DNA from: Laetmonice hystrix
Taxonomy: Eukaryota
Assembly: GCA_965235115.1 (NCBI GenBank)
Contig: OZ249436.1
Span: 49,354,001 to 49,418,000 of the forward strand
Length of the DNA stretch: 64,000 nucleotides
Reading direction: 5' to 3'
Position numbers and translations under genes: made by a program
Notes under the pieces: generated by a model
Told to the model about the DNA's origin: nothing
Databases searched by the model: none
What the model saw: the letters and a program-made list of their open reading frames with translations, nothing else
Shown here: piece by piece, positions 39,355 through 52,991 of the stretch
Position numbering within the stretch: position 1 is the first letter of the stretch
How the letters are laid out: each line of letters opens with the position of its first letter

Positions 39355-41140
39355 AGGTGGGTTGTGATTGGGTGGGTGGGTGGGTGGGTGGGTGTGGGTG
39401 GAGATTGGGGGGCTGGCTGTGGGTGGGGATTGGGTGGGTGAGTGTGGGCGGAGATTGGGGGGCTGGGTGTGGGTGGTTGGGGGGTTGGGTGTGGGTGGTT
39501 GGGGGGTTGGGTGTGGGTGGAGATTGGGTGGGAAGGTGTGGGTGTGTGATTGGGGGGTGTGGGTGGTGATTGGGGGGTTGGGGGGGGGGGTTGGGGGTTG
39601 GGTGTGGGTGGTTGGGTGGGTGGGTGTGGGTGGGTGTGGGTTGGGTGTGGGTGGAGATTGGGTGGGAAGGTGTGGGTTGAGAATGGGTGGGTGAGTGTGG
39701 GTGGGTGATTGGGGGTGTGGGTGGAGATTGGGTGGGAAGGTGTGGGTTGGGAACGGGTGTGTGAGTGTGGGTGTGTGATTGGGGGTGTGTGGGTGAGGAT
39801 TGGGTGGGAAGGTGTGGGTTGAGAATGGGTGGGTGAGTGTGGGTGGGTGATTGGGATGTGTGGGTGGGGATTGGGTGGGTGAGTGTGGGTGGGTGATTGG
39901 GTGGGAAGGTGTGGGTTGAGAATGGGTGGGTGAGTGTGGGTGTGTGATTGGGGGTGTGGGTGGGGATTGGGTGGGAAGGTGTGGGTGTGTGATTGGGGGG
40001 TGTGGGTGGGGATTGGGTGGGAAGGTGTGGGTGGGGACTGGGTGGGAAGGTGTGGGTTGAGAATGGGTGGGTGAGTGTGGGTGTGTGATTGGGGGGTGTG
40101 GGTGGTGATTGGGGGGGGGGGTTGGGTGTGGGTGGTTGGGTGGGTGGGTGTGGGTGGGTGGGGATTGGGTGGGAAGGTGTGGGTGTGTGATTGGGGTGTG
40201 TGGGCGGAGATTGGGTGGGAAGGTGTGGGTTGAGAATGGGTGGGTGAGTGTGGGTGTGTGATTGGGGTGTGTGGCTGGGGATTGGGTGGGAAGGTGTGGG
40301 TGTGTGATTGGGGTGTGTGGGTGGGGATTGGGTGGGAAGGTGTGGGTTGATAATGGGTGGGTGAGTGTGGGTGGGTGATTGGGGTGTGTGGGTGGGATTG
40401 GGTGGGAAGGTGTGGGTTGAGAATGGGTGGGTGTGGGTGGGTGATTGGGATTGTGGGTGGGATTGGGTGGGAAGGTGTGGGTTGATAATGGGTGGGTGAG
40501 TGTGGGTGTGTGATTGGGGTGTGTGGGTGGGGATTGGGTGGGAAGGTGTTGGTTGAGAATGGGTGGGTGAGTGTGGGTGTGTGATTGGGGTGTGTGGGTG
40601 GGGATTGGGTGGGAAGGTGTGGGTTGAGAATGGGTGGGTGAGTGTGGGTGTGTGATTGGGGTGTGTGGGTGGGGATTGGGTGGGAAGGTGTGGGTTGAGA
40701 ATGGGTGGGTGAGTGTGGGTGTGTGATTGGGGTGTGTGGGTGGGGATTGGGTGGGAAGGTGTGGGTTGAGAATGGGTGGGTGAGTGTGGGTGTGTGATTA
40801 GGGTGTGTGGGTGGGGATTGGGTGGGAAGGTGTGGGTTGAGAATGGGTGGGTGAGTGTGGGTGTGTGATTGGGGTGTGTGGGTGGGGATTGGGTGGGAAG
40901 GTGTGGGTTGAGAATGGGTGGGTGAGTGTGTGTGTGTGATTGGGGTGTGTGGGTGGGGATTGGGTGGGAAGGTGTGGGTTGAGAATGGGTGGATGAGTGT
41001 GGGTGTGTGATTGGGGGGTGTGGGTGGGATTGGGTGGGAAGGTGTGGGTTGAGAATGGGTGTGTGAGTGTGGGTGTGTGATTGGGGTGTGTGGGTGGGAT
41101 TGGGTGGGAAGGTGTGGGTTGAGAATGGGTGGTTGGGTGG
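39355..41140. repeat. G/T-rich minisatellite, ~71-bp unit (regular in 3' half, degenerate in 5' half), G-quadruplex-prone on + strand
   Basis: Unit gggtgggaaggtgtgggttgagaatgggtgggtgagtgtgggtgtgtgattggggtgtgtgggtggggatt, period 40621 to 40692. The + strand has almost no C. Confidence 0.93.
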
Positions 41141-41434
41141 TTTGGTTTGGGTGGTATGTCAAGGGTGGATGTGATTTAGACCCGTTAATGACAGGTTGTA
41201 GTTTCGGGAATGATCCCTTATCATCTGTATCCCATGAAAGGATATGATATCTGTGTGCTGTGGCGGGTAACTGGGTCGTTCTTTAACCCACTCCCATCCC
41301 CGGGAAAATACACGCCAGCAGGTCAGGGTGTACAAGGGAAGAATATGTATGTATACACGTGGAGCTTGGGGCAGAAATTTACTGCTGAAGTCCTTGAGTC
41401 GTCCCCCTGGGACGTTTACGTCTCGTCAGCTCGA

Positions 41435-41709
41435 AGAGCAAATGTCCCCTCAAGCCCAACTACAATACTAGCCCCAGAACGACGACGGAGAGCAAATGTC
41501 CCCTCAAGCCGGACTACAAAACTAACCCCAGAACGACGACGGAGAGCAAATGTCCCCTCAAGCCGGACTACAAAACTAACCCAAGAACGACGACGGAGAG
41601 CAAATGTCCCCTCAAGCCGGACTACAAAACTAACCCAAGAACGACGACGGAGAGCAAATGTCCCCTCAAGCCGGACTACAAAACTAACCCCAGAACGACG
41701 ACGGAGAGC
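41435..41709. repeat. Minisatellite, 54-bp unit, 5 copies
   Basis: Unit agagcaaatgtcccctcaagccggactacaaaactaacccc/aagaacgacgacgg. Confidence 0.95.
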
Positions 41710-42776
41710 TAGCGGAAGTGACATCTGTATGCTTACCCCATGGAGCAGGTCTCGGAATCCTTTGTGGCCACTTTCATTAATGTTTGCCCACTTTCATTTG
41801 GGGTCAATTCGGGCAAGTAGTACGTTTGGCAACCCAAGGACCCCTCCCCAGCCAAATCCCTGGGGTCAGCGGCGTGCACTTCATTGGGAGGTAGGTTTAC
41901 TACGATCGACACATTGCCACAAATAACATCGAGTCCATCTCTACTGCGAGGTGGCTAAGATTTGTGTTCAATCGTCAGGGTCGATGGAACGAGATGATTT
42001 TTGGGACCCCTTGTCCCTCCATTCAGTGAGGAAGCCACGACGTTTCATTATCTGTTCGAATATCTAAGACTGTAGTTACTGACCAGGCGGGTGTACTGAT
42101 AGAAAAACAATCTACATTGGCCTGCAGTGTCTGACTGACTTCAGAAGATGTTGATCGAAAGAATAAGATGACAATGAAATGACTTATCGATAGTCGACGG
42201 CCACGTGTGTATTGGGACTTCAAACAAGCCCAGACTGGGCGTCCTTGGAGCGCCTTCTATGCCGTCTCCCAGTGGCTACTGCAGGTAGGTTCACTGAGGG
42301 TGAATCGATGAAGACACTATTCCGGATCAACCATAACTTTTGGCTTTTGGCGCCAATGCACAGATAATCTGTCTGACAAAATTTAAATGACCCAGACGAC
42401 TAGTCGACAGGCCATTTCTATCACAAAGTTTTGAGTCCTTCAAACCTTTTTAATGTTGAGGATTATGTTTTAATATAATATTTTTTGTTCTGTTGCTATC
42501 ACTGATGTCTTGTTGTTCTAACGACGTTTTGAATAACGCCTCTAGTCATAATCTTGGGCGCCCTTGGTTCCTTGGTGGAGTCATTGGGCCAACTCGAGAG
42601 GGGAGGTGGGGGGAGGGGGCTATGGGGGTCGATCATGAAAGCAAACAGCCTCCCATCGCTGAGTAAATGTCCACAGGGGCATGATAATGAAGGACGCCCC
42701 TTCCGAGACGCTACACAAAGATCGTAATCCAGGGCGGTGAACGAGGGAGTCCGCAAATATCGAGTCAGTTCCGATC

Positions 42777-43620
42777 TGTGGCGAGATATGGGTTGAACTG
42801 TGCCGTCTAGTGTGGCGAGATATGGGTTGAACTGTGCCGTCTAGTGTGGCGAGATATGGGTTGAACTGTGCCGTCTAGTGTGGCGAGATATGGGTTGAAC
42901 TGTGCCGTCTAGTGTGGCGAGATATGGGTTGAACTGTGCCGTCTAGTGTGGCGAGATATGGGTTGAACTGTGCCGTCTAGTGTGGCGAGATATGGGTTGA
43001 ACTGTGCCGTCTAGTGTGGTGAGATATGGGTTGAACTGTGCCGTCTAGTGTGGCGAGATATGGGTTGAACTGTGCCGTCTAGTGTGGTGAGATATGGGTT
43101 GAACTGTGCCGTCTAGTGTGGCGAGATATGGGTTGAACTGTGCCGTCTAGTGTGGTGAGATATGGGTTGAACTGTGCCGTCTAGTGTGGCGAGATATGGG
43201 TTGAACTGTGCCGTCTAGTGTGGCGAGATATGGGTTGAACTGTGCCGTCTAGTGTGGCGAGATATGGGTTGAACTGTGCCGTCTAGTGTGGCGAGATATG
43301 GGTTGAACTGTGCCGTCTAGTGTGGCGAGATATGGGTTGAACTGTGCCGTCTAGTGTGGTGAGATATGGGTTGAACTGTGCCGTCTAGTGTGGCGAGATA
43401 TGGGTTGAACTGTGCCGTCTAGTGTGGTGAGATATGGGTTGAACTGTGCCGTCTAGTGTGGCGAGATATGGGTTGAACTGTGCCGTCTAGTGTGGTGAGA
43501 TATGGGTTGAACTGTGCCGTCTAGTGTGGTGAGATATGGGTTGAACTGTGCCGTCTAGTGTGGCGAGATATGGGTTGAACTGTGCCGTCTAGTGTGGCGA
43601 GATATGGGTTGAACTGTGCC
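42777..43620. repeat. Minisatellite, 34-bp unit, 25 copies, one variable site
   Basis: Unit gtgtgg(c/t)gagatatgggttgaactgtgccgtcta, head to tail with no spacers. Confidence 0.97.
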
Positions 43621-46600
43621 AGCGGTGGGAGTTGGGAGGTGGGTAGGCATGACGTTTTCAACTGGAGAGGCTGGATTAAAATTAAAGCATATGGAATGGT
43701 TCTCAAACAAAGCGGTTAAGTGAGGCCACCGCACAGCGTTATCTCCGACCTGTTTTGAGGAACGTTATCAGGTATCTATAATGTCTGTCTGAAGTTTTCA
43801 CATTGGCGCTCGTTCTCTGGTCTCGGAATTGTTATTGGTCGAGGTGGATCGCGTCAAGTTCAAACGATAACGGCCACAGGGCGCCAGGGCTAGCATAGAC
43901 CTAGTCATGTCCATGGGGCTAGCAACCCAAGGGGGGATGGCTCTGAGCGTGTCCCTGGCCCGACCCGACCCGACCCAGCCCGACCCAAAGCGACCCGAAG
44001 CGACCCGACTAGGATGTTTCAAATGGCCGTTATGTGACATCAGAATAGGTTTTGTACATTGATGAGAGCTAGGAGGTATAAGGATGTTTTCCTAAGTTGT
44101 GTTTCAAGGAGGGAGGGTATCCTACTTTTTGCACTCTGCGGCAGAGAAAATCACGTGTTTCTGTGTAAAGGGGAAAGCGAATACCATTTACAGGTATATT
44201 ATGACGCTCCGAAAAAGTGGCGAGGGATCCCAAGTGATTCTATGCGTGTTTTTCCCCGATCTCCGAATACTGAATCAAAATACAAGACAGTTGGAGCCAT
44301 TAGAACAGGAGTGTATACGTATATACAAATCTTGCCATCCGGAAATTGGATTTCATATTATTGATTGCCTTTCCAGAACCTATTTGGCTTGATGAACCCG
44401 TCACTGTTCCATAGATTTATGCTTTCTAAGCTTCTAAGCTGCTCCAATACCGAAAGTTTATGTATATGTTAAAAAGCTACAACATATTCTCTGTATACAA
44501 TGTTCATGTTCTTTGAATGTATATCTTCTACCAGCTGCCATTCAAAATCTTCTCCTCTGACAAACTTGACGATTTCGTCTCCCTAATGTTGATGTGCATT
44601 GAGCAGTCAAGAACGCTGTATTGCGGTTTAAAGTTTCTTTTTAAAAAAGGCCAGTAAAGTTCCTTTGAGCTTCGAAAGAATGGAAAGCTTATGATGATCA
44701 GAGGAAGTCACGCTAGCAGTTTGTCATATTTGCCCGCAGCGCTTTCTTTCCCAATTACCAATACCTTTTCAGATATCATGAAGTTATTAGGACCTCTTGA
44801 TAGTCATTTTCCTACCATGCTGTGAAGCTGTGGAATCGAAACCTGAGTAAGACATCAAAGATGTTAGTTTGTAAGGTGACTTAACGAGGTTCCTATAAAC
44901 AGAGCAATAGGTTCCGTGTTTTACAGGACTACTCGTTCGTGATCATTATCAACGAAACGACCCTTAACATGCTTACGGTTTCTTGTTGGTTGTGATCCAT
45001 GGAAGGTCATTAGGATATGGAAGGTCATTATGATCCAGTCAGACCATATCCATTTACCCCTGAAAGGCATTAATCTTTGTAACTTACAGAAAGTTCTTGG
45101 GTAAAAAACTAGTTTTTATTATGATAGTTTTGTATCAGAGGTATCTACAGTGGATATCGGGCGTGTGGAGTTGATGTGGTCGTTTTGAACATCACCGTAC
45201 AAAGCTTAATCCTGTGGGTTTGAACAATGAATCTTCTTTCACACATTTTATCGCCGCTATATAATTCTCCGCGACTTACTTGCATTGCAATTCTTTCGTG
45301 GCTGTTGGCGTTGTATTTTTCATCCCGTTCTCGTCTGAAAGAAAAGCTTTCAAAGTGCTGAGAGACTTGGCCGACATGAAGTGACTATCCTGGTTTGTGC
45401 GACCACTGACAGTGCTGCAGTCATTGGTAGATATTGGACCGATAAGATTCGCTTTCGTAAAGCCCTGTCCATCCAGGGTGTATGTGTGTGTATGTTAATG
45501 AGGCTGAGAGTGCCCCTTCCGGATCCGCAGTGCATCGATCCATATCTTCTCTTGGCACCTCTTGGTGCGCGCTTAGATACGCAGATCTCTGTCACAACAG
45601 CCCAACCTAACTCGGTGCTTCGGTGGGTCCTACAACTACCCCCACACCCCAACAACCACACACCCTCCCACCCCAAGTTGCTGCATAGCATTAACATTAC
45701 TCCACCCCCTCTACCATCTCCAGGACAGAGAGATCTGCGGTGTTGTTTGTCTGGCGTCGCCTGGAGTTGTCATCCTTGTAGAAGAGGTTCAACCTGTTCC
45801 TCCAGGGAGACTGTTCCCTGTAGTCATCCATGGTGACGGTAGTCAGTCAGCTGGATAACAGGGGCGGGAACACAACGTAAGTCATCGACTCATTCAAAGT
45901 CATACTTTAAATCGTTTCATGTATACTTTCTCTAGCCTGTTTGGTTCTCTCGGCCTAATTTCGAATCGTGTTTAGGCAGGTGCATGAGAGCCCTACTGGA
46001 GAGCAGGATATATTTTACAGTTGCGCTTACCATATCTAGAATCACAGGATATGTGCGCTGGCTTTGAAACAAAAGGTTTCCTTTCAGGCGTCGAAACGTT
46101 ATGCGACCATTTTAACTTGGAATGAATTCGTGGAATAACTTGTGGTTCTTTTACAACGGATATTTGAATGCCTACAAATGGACGGAGTCTGGTCCATGCC
46201 AAGGTGGATTCCGTGAGTCTGTCTCCAGACCGATGGGATACGCTGTGGTGGTGCAGAGATCACGCGAGGGGACATATCACCGAGATTTCTCCCTTCTGGT
46301 CTGTCAGGGAATCAGACCCATTGTAACAAGGATACTCAAGTGTCTAACACCCCTCGGAGAACACCCCTCAAAACGAGCTTTCATCTACCCTTCGATATAT
46401 AGATGGATACAGAGAGACGTTCAAGGATGGATGCATGGCTAATGGGATGGGTGACAAAAAAGGAATCTGAAGAAAGCTTTAACAGCTGTTAATAGCCTAC
46501 AGCCTCTAGGTGACACCGGTTATACGTAGGAAGATCAATGCTATTTGTGCGTGACGTTAGCTGTCTCCGATCTTAGACGGTATTGATTCCATTGTAGAAA

Positions 46601-47775
46601 GAACCCTCCTTAAAATGGCATGAGTTGGAGGGAAAATGCGGAGACCGCGAGGTTAAATAGTCTGAACGATCGAGAGAAATGTCTCAAACTGCACACACAA
46701 TCCGGCATGAAACGATAGCGCACACAATGCGAGGATCACCACAGAGAATGAAGAGTTTAAAAAACGTGAAAGAAAAGAAATCTCGCTCAACACTAATGTC
46801 CGTGAGAGAAGTACAGTCATCTTTAGATGTTTTAAGAAAGATAACGGCGTTCTTTATGTGGACGAAAGTATCGGAATCGATTCTACCTTTGTTAACCATA
46901 CCCCCTTTATATAGTTCGTAAAATACTCTATAGTCTACGGCCATTTTACAACCATTTTACAGTTAATCGTATTCATATATCATTATTCAAATTCGACCGC
47001 CATCATAAAAATGTAAACAGGTAATTTGTACCGAAATCATCCGAAGGATCTAAATCAATATCAAATTAACAAGACGTATTCTCATTGATGTATTCAAAAC
47101 GCCCCGTCATGCGGCGTCCTTTCCCGATTGATTTTTCTTTTCGTCGCGGACGTAATTTAGTCGTCAACCTTCAGATGTCCTTGGCGGCTTGTAGCAGTGG
47201 CCACCTATCAGGATCAATCCCTCGGCTCTGTTCGTCAGATCTACGCCATGGTTTGATATTTGATCTGAAACCACCGTTTTCTACCTGTCTGAGTCAAACA
47301 CGGTTTTAATTGGATAGCCATGGAAAACCAGCATGGATGACCGCTGGAATTGGATATTAGTAAATATAACAATGGGATTAGAACTCGCACCAACTATTTT
47401 AGTATTCAGCTATTATAGTAGACCTTGTCTCAAAGGATCTGGGTAAATCGTAACCAACAGCGTTCTACCATGTCTTATTTTCATGATCTCTGATGAAAGG
47501 AAAAGTTTGACATCGTACTGAATCCAACTAGTAGCGATGACGCGTCCCTCATGGCGACTGTGTCCTACTGCGGGAAACTATCAACACCGGGGAAATTCTA
47601 ATTAAACAATAATGACATTTAGTCGTACGAGTGGGTTAATTATTGTCATCTGGTTGAAGGGGACTCGAGTAAGCGAGGCTTGGTCATGCAAACCGCCTCA
47701 AAGTCACGTGAGGTTGAGCTGGTTGGACTCGTCTGGCTTCCCTGCTGGCGACTTACTTCTTCAGACTGACGGGTT

Positions 47776-50595
47776 TGTGTGGTGTGGGTGGGTGGAGTGG
47801 GGTTGGGTGTGGTGTGTGGGGGTGGAGTGGGGTTGGGTGTGGTGTGGGTGGGTGGAGTAGGGTTGGGTGTAGGGGTGGAGTGGGGTTTGGTGTGGTGTGT
47901 GGAGGTGGAGTGGGGTTGGGTGTGGTGTGGGTGGGTGGAGTGGGGTTGGGTGTGGTGTGTGTGGGTGGAGTGGGGTTGGGTGTAGGGGTGGAGTGGGGTT
48001 GGGTGTGGTGTGTGGGGATGGAGTGGGGTTTGGTGTAGGGGTGGAGTGGGGTTGGGTGTGGTGTGTGTGGGTGGAGTGGGGTTGGGTGTGGTGTGTGGGG
48101 GTGGAGTGGGGTTGGGTGTGGTGTGTGGGGATGGAGTGGGGTTTGGTGTAGGGGTGGAGTGGGGTTGGGTGTGGTGTGTGGGGATGGAGTGGGGTTTGGT
48201 GTAGGGGTGGAGTGGGGTTGGGTGTGGTGTGGGTGGGTGGAGTGGGGTTGGGTGTGGTGTGTGGGGGTGAAGTGGGGTTGGGTGTGGTGTGTGGGGGTGG
48301 AGTGGGGTTGGGTGTGGTGTGTGGGGGTGGAGTGGGGTTGGGTGTGGTGTGTGGGGGTGGAGTGGGGTTGGGTGTAGGGGTGGAGTGGGGTTGGGTGTGG
48401 TCTGTGGGGGTGGAGTGGGGTTGGGTGTAGGGGTGGAGTGGGGTTTGGTGTGGTCTGTGGGGGTGGAGTGGGGTTGGGTGTAGGGGTGGAGTGGGGTTGG
48501 GTGTGGTGTGTGGGGGTGGAGTGGGGTTGGGTGTGGTGTGGGTGGGTGGAGTGGGGTTGGGTGCGGTGTGTGGGGGTGGAGTGGGGTTGGGTGTGGTGTG
48601 TGGGGGTGGAGTAGGGTTGGGTGTGGTGTGTGGGGGTGGAGTAGGGTTGGGTGTGGTGTGTGGGGGTGGAGTGGGGTTGGGTGTGGTGTGTGGGGGTGGA
48701 GTGGGGTTGGGTGTGGTGTGTGGGGGTGGGGTTGGGTGAGGTGTGTGGGGGTGGAGTGGGGTTGGGTGAGGTCTGTGGGGGTGGAGTGGGGTTTGGTGTG
48801 GTGTGTGGGGGTGGAGTAGGTGTGGGGGGTGGAGTGGGTGTTTGGTGTGGTGTGGGTGGGTGGAGTGGGGTTGGGTGTGGTGTGTGGGGGTGGAGTGGGG
48901 TTGGCTGTGGTGTGGGTGGGTGGAGTGGGGTTGGGTGTGGTGTGTGGGGGTGGAGTGGGGTTGGGTGTGGTGTGTGAGGGTGGAGTGGGGTTGGGTGTGG
49001 TGTGGGTGGGTGGAGTGGGGTTGGGTGTGGTGTGTGGGGGTGGAGTGGGGTTGGGTGTGGTGTGTGGGGGTGGAGTGGGGTTGGCTGTGGTGTGGGTGGG
49101 TGGAGTGGGGTTGGGTGTGGTGTGTGGGGGTGGAGTGGGGTTGGGTGTGGTGTGGGTGGGTGGAGTGGGGTTGGGTGTGGTCTGTGGGGGTGGAGTGGGG
49201 TTGGGTGTAGGGGTGGAGTGGGGTTTTGTGTGGTCTGTGGGGGTGGAGTGGGGTTGGGTGTGGTGTGTGGGGGTGGAGTGGGGTTTGGTGTGGTGTGGGT
49301 GGGTGGAGTGGGGTTGGGTGTAGGGGTGGAGTGGGGTTGGGTGTGGTGTGTGGGGGTGGAGTGGGGTTGGGTGTGGTGTGTGGGGGTAGAGTGGGGTTGG
49401 GTGTGGTGTGTGGGGGTGGAGTGGGGTTTGGTGTGGTGTGGGTAGGTGGAGTGGGGTTGGGTGTGGTGTGTGGGGGTGGAGTGGGGGTGGGTGTGGTGTG
49501 TGGGGGTGGAGTGGGGTTGGGTGTGGTGTGTGGGGGTGGAGTAGGGTTGGGTGTGGTGTGTGGGGGTGGAGTGGGGTTTGGTGTGGTGTGGGTAGGTGGA
49601 GTGGGGTTGGGTGTGGTGTGTGGGGGTGGAGTGGGGTTGGGTGTGGTGTGTGGGGGTGGAGTGGGGTTGGGTGTGGTGTGTGGGGGTGGAGTAGGGTTGG
49701 GTGTGGTGTGTGGGGGTGGAGTGGGGTTGGGTGTGGTGTGTGGGGGTGGAGTGGGGTTGGGTGTGGTGTGTGGGGGTGGAGTGGGGTTGGGTGTGGTGTG
49801 TGGGGGTGGAGTGGGGTTGGGTGTGGTGTGTGGGGGTGGAGTAGGGTTGGGTGTGGTGTGTGGGGGTGGAGTGGGGTTGGGTGTGGTGTGTGGGGGTGGA
49901 GTGGGGTTGGGTGTGGTGTGTGGGGGTGGAGTGGGGTTGGGTGTGGTGTGTGGGGGTGGAGTAGGGTTGGGTGTGGTGTGGGTGGGTGGAGTGGGGTTGG
50001 GTGTGGTGTGTGGGGGTGGAGTGGGGTTGGCTGTGGTGTGGGTGGGTGGAGTGGGGTTGGGTGTGGTGTGTGGGGGTGGAGTGGGGTTGGGTGTGGTGTG
50101 GGTGGGTGGAGTGGGGTTGGGTGTGGTCTGTGGGGGTGGAGTGGGGTTGGGTGTAGGGGTGGAGTGGGGTTTTGTGTGGTGTGTGGGGGTGGAGTGGGGT
50201 TGGGTGTGGTGTGTGGGGGTGGAGTGGGGTTGGGTGTGGTGTGTGGGGGTGGAGTGGGGTTGGCTGTGGTGTGGGTGGGTGGAGTGGGGTTGGGTGTGGT
50301 GTGTGGGGGTGGAGTGGGGTTGGGTGTGGTGTGGGTGGGTGGAGTGGGGTTGGGTGTGGTCTGTGGGGGTGGAGTGGGGTTGGGTGTAGGGGTGGAGTGG
50401 GGTTGGGTGTGGTGTGGGTAGGTGGAGTAGGGTTGGGTGTGGTGTGTGGGGGTGGAGTTGGGATGGGTGTGGTGTGGGTGGGTGGAGTGGTGTTGGGTGT
50501 GGTGTGTGGGGGTGGAGTGGGGTTGGGTGTAGGGGTAGAGTGGGGTTTGGTGTGGTGTGGGTGGGTGGAGTGGGGTTGTGTGTGGTGTGGGTGGG
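47776..50595. repeat. G/T-rich minisatellite, 30-bp unit with 23-bp variants, ~95 copies, G-quadruplex-prone on + strand
   Basis: Unit gtggagtggggttgggtgtggtgtgtgggg; short variant gtggagtggggttgggtgtaggg. Confidence 0.96.
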
Positions 50596-51589
50596 CTGTA
50601 GTGGAGGAGATGCATCAAGATCGCTGCCTCTTACGCTTCATGTACGCGATGCGCGCGCGGCTTGCGCGCTTCCGGTGGATGCGCCGGCCGCCGAACGATT
50701 GCGCTTGTCATTACGGCCCATTTGTCTTACAAGATTGTGCGGTTTGGCGCGCGATGCTATCTCCCCAGTCGGCCATGAATTTGTTAATTGGGCCAGGCAA
50801 AGTACGAGTGGTTACCGTCCCGTGGGAGTAGCCATTGCCAGAGGCGCCTTTGTTGGAGGGGAGGGGGTAGCTATCGTGGAGGTGGTCTTCTTGCCCTAGG
50901 CAGACAGCATCTATGAACAGCGCCATGGACTGTTATCAGTGTCTCAATCAGTGGCATCGTGTCCAGGCGGAGGGGGAGGCCAGAGCAAACACATGACTCA
51001 GTCTACTCTAAGCTCACCCAGCAATAGTCATTCATTCATTGTCGTCAAGGAAACGGCAAATCATGTAATCTTGTACATTGCATCGAGTGTGATTTAAGGA
51101 CGGAAGTGTATGCCGGACTCAGATATTTTCGAGAAACAGCTGGGAGATCAGCGATTAAAGGTGTACTGTTCAATGCATTCATAAATGTGTTCTAGATAAG
51201 CCTATTTAAAGTTTCTGTATTTGTATGTACATGTATGACGTTTATCAAGAATTTGCGTGATAAATGTGTAATCTAGTCTGGATCATGACTTTAGTGTTGC
51301 TCAATTAATCATGGCTCGATTTGTCTGTCTGACAGTCTGGTAAATAATGGAATGATACAGTCTTCTTTCTTAATCTCAACTGATTTTTGAACGACAAAAA
51401 CGCAGCTCTTGACATGGCTGTCTAACATTTTAAAAAGTTAGGTCGGGTGTTGTTTGAGGTTGAGGTGATATTTAGTCTCCTCCTTCTCCACTAGTCCCTC
51501 AGGGGTGGTAATCTGGCGGGTCATCGACCCACCGTCGTCCTTCCACTCACACGTCCTCCCGTTTGTCATGCGTCAACAAGCCTGTACCC

Positions 51590-51628
51590 TGCGCATGCGC
51601 ACGCCGAACTAACCATGCCTCCTTCCGG
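51590..51628. promoter_or_regulatory. NRF1-type palindrome plus ETS-type site
   Basis: tgcgcatgcgca (51590-51601) is a perfect NRF1 consensus. cttccgg (51622-51628) is the reverse complement of the ETS core CCGGAAG. Confidence 0.4.
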
Positions 51629-52991
51629 TGCTGTCACATCCCATGGGCCTTGTTTATGCATATCGTTACGAGCAAACGACGTCCATTCTTGCAGTTCCTT
51701 TCATCAGCGCCTGAGAACCTCAAGGGGCAAAGATAATTAACTCGGTTATAGATTAATCGAATCGCATCCCTTGTGCTGCCCGTTTGCGTAGAAAGACGCG
51801 TACCGTTCTAAGGGGAGCCGTATCCATTATGACCCATTTTGTCTTGGCTCTTGTCATGTATATCCGTGGACGTAGATCTGGAAAGATGCCAACTGCGCAT
51901 AAAGACCAAAATGGTTGCCCAACGAGAACGAATGGTTATGCTACGTCGTGAGAGTTAGACACGGTTATTACTTTTGTAGACACAAGTTATCATTCTCATT
52001 CTAACTTCCTTTTCTCAAACCAATCTTGGCGCTTGTATCAGGCCAATCCCGATCAAACAAACTCTCCCTGGAGTAAATTAGAATAATTTCCACCCATGTA
52101 TTCTCCTTCAGGAGTCAAGAACGCGTGTTACAAAAATATGACAGTCTTCTTACGAGTAGAGTGGAGGCGGGCAGGCGAAGATTTTCTTACTCTTTCCACC
52201 ACTGCCAGTTATTCTGCACATCCAGTTTTCACGGTACGCCTCCCCCGGCGCCTTAATTACCTCCTCCGAGAGAAATTGATTTTGCCCCTGAGGAACAAAA
52301 GCAGCAGACATAAGAAAATAAAACTTCAAAACGACACTCGGTCCAATTGTGCTTGGAGGAGAAGCTGGCCCTCCCCTTTTACAGACTTGTCAGAGATGAC
52401 AACTCTTTAATTCGACAAGGACAATTAATGTAGAAAATCGATCGGCAAATAACTGGCACCGCTCTGACTAATCATCGAGGATACTAGAACAAATACCCGG
52501 TGTAGGAGACAGACAGAACAACCTTTTAGACAAGGTAAAGTCTCACAAAGATACAGTATTATCTTTCCATACACTCTACGTTTTTTCTGATTCTATGTAT
52601 AATGAGACAGAAAATGATTATAACTTTTTTATATTTGATTCCTCGCTCTCCCAATTCCTCTGAGTAAAAAGACATAGAATACGTCAATGACAAGTCGCCA
52701 CAAGGGGACGTCGACACTCTGTCGATATATTCTCTTCATTCTATCGTCTTCAACTATGAGCGTCAAACATGACGTCATTAGATTTTGTCATGCAATCAGC
52801 CCATTCCGACGATAAAGGCAATAATGATGAATGCGGAAGATACTGTAAAAGTACAAAAATAATAATTGGGGTAATAAGAGAGGGCAGGAGCTTTTTAATT
52901 AACATAGGAAGTATTTTATCTAAAGATATCTAAAGAAGGTCCATATATTTGCAGCAGGCCTTCTCATTCAGTAGATATGTATCAATGGGGA

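Noticed and set aside
39312..41162. 616-aa Pro/His/Thr ORF
   Set aside because: Same artefact of a C/A-rich repeat strand.
42777..43620. CRISPR-like 34-bp repeat
   Set aside because: Units are contiguous with no spacers, there are no cas genes, and the context is eukaryotic. The same applies to the other arrays.
47646..50618. 990-aa Pro/Thr/His-rich ORF (and overlapping Gly/Val/Trp ORFs) resembling a mucin or extensin
   Set aside because: Lies almost entirely in the G/T minisatellite, whose composition rarely forms stop codons. The peptide pattern switches with unit indels, several frames on both strands are open, and there is no signal peptide or domain.
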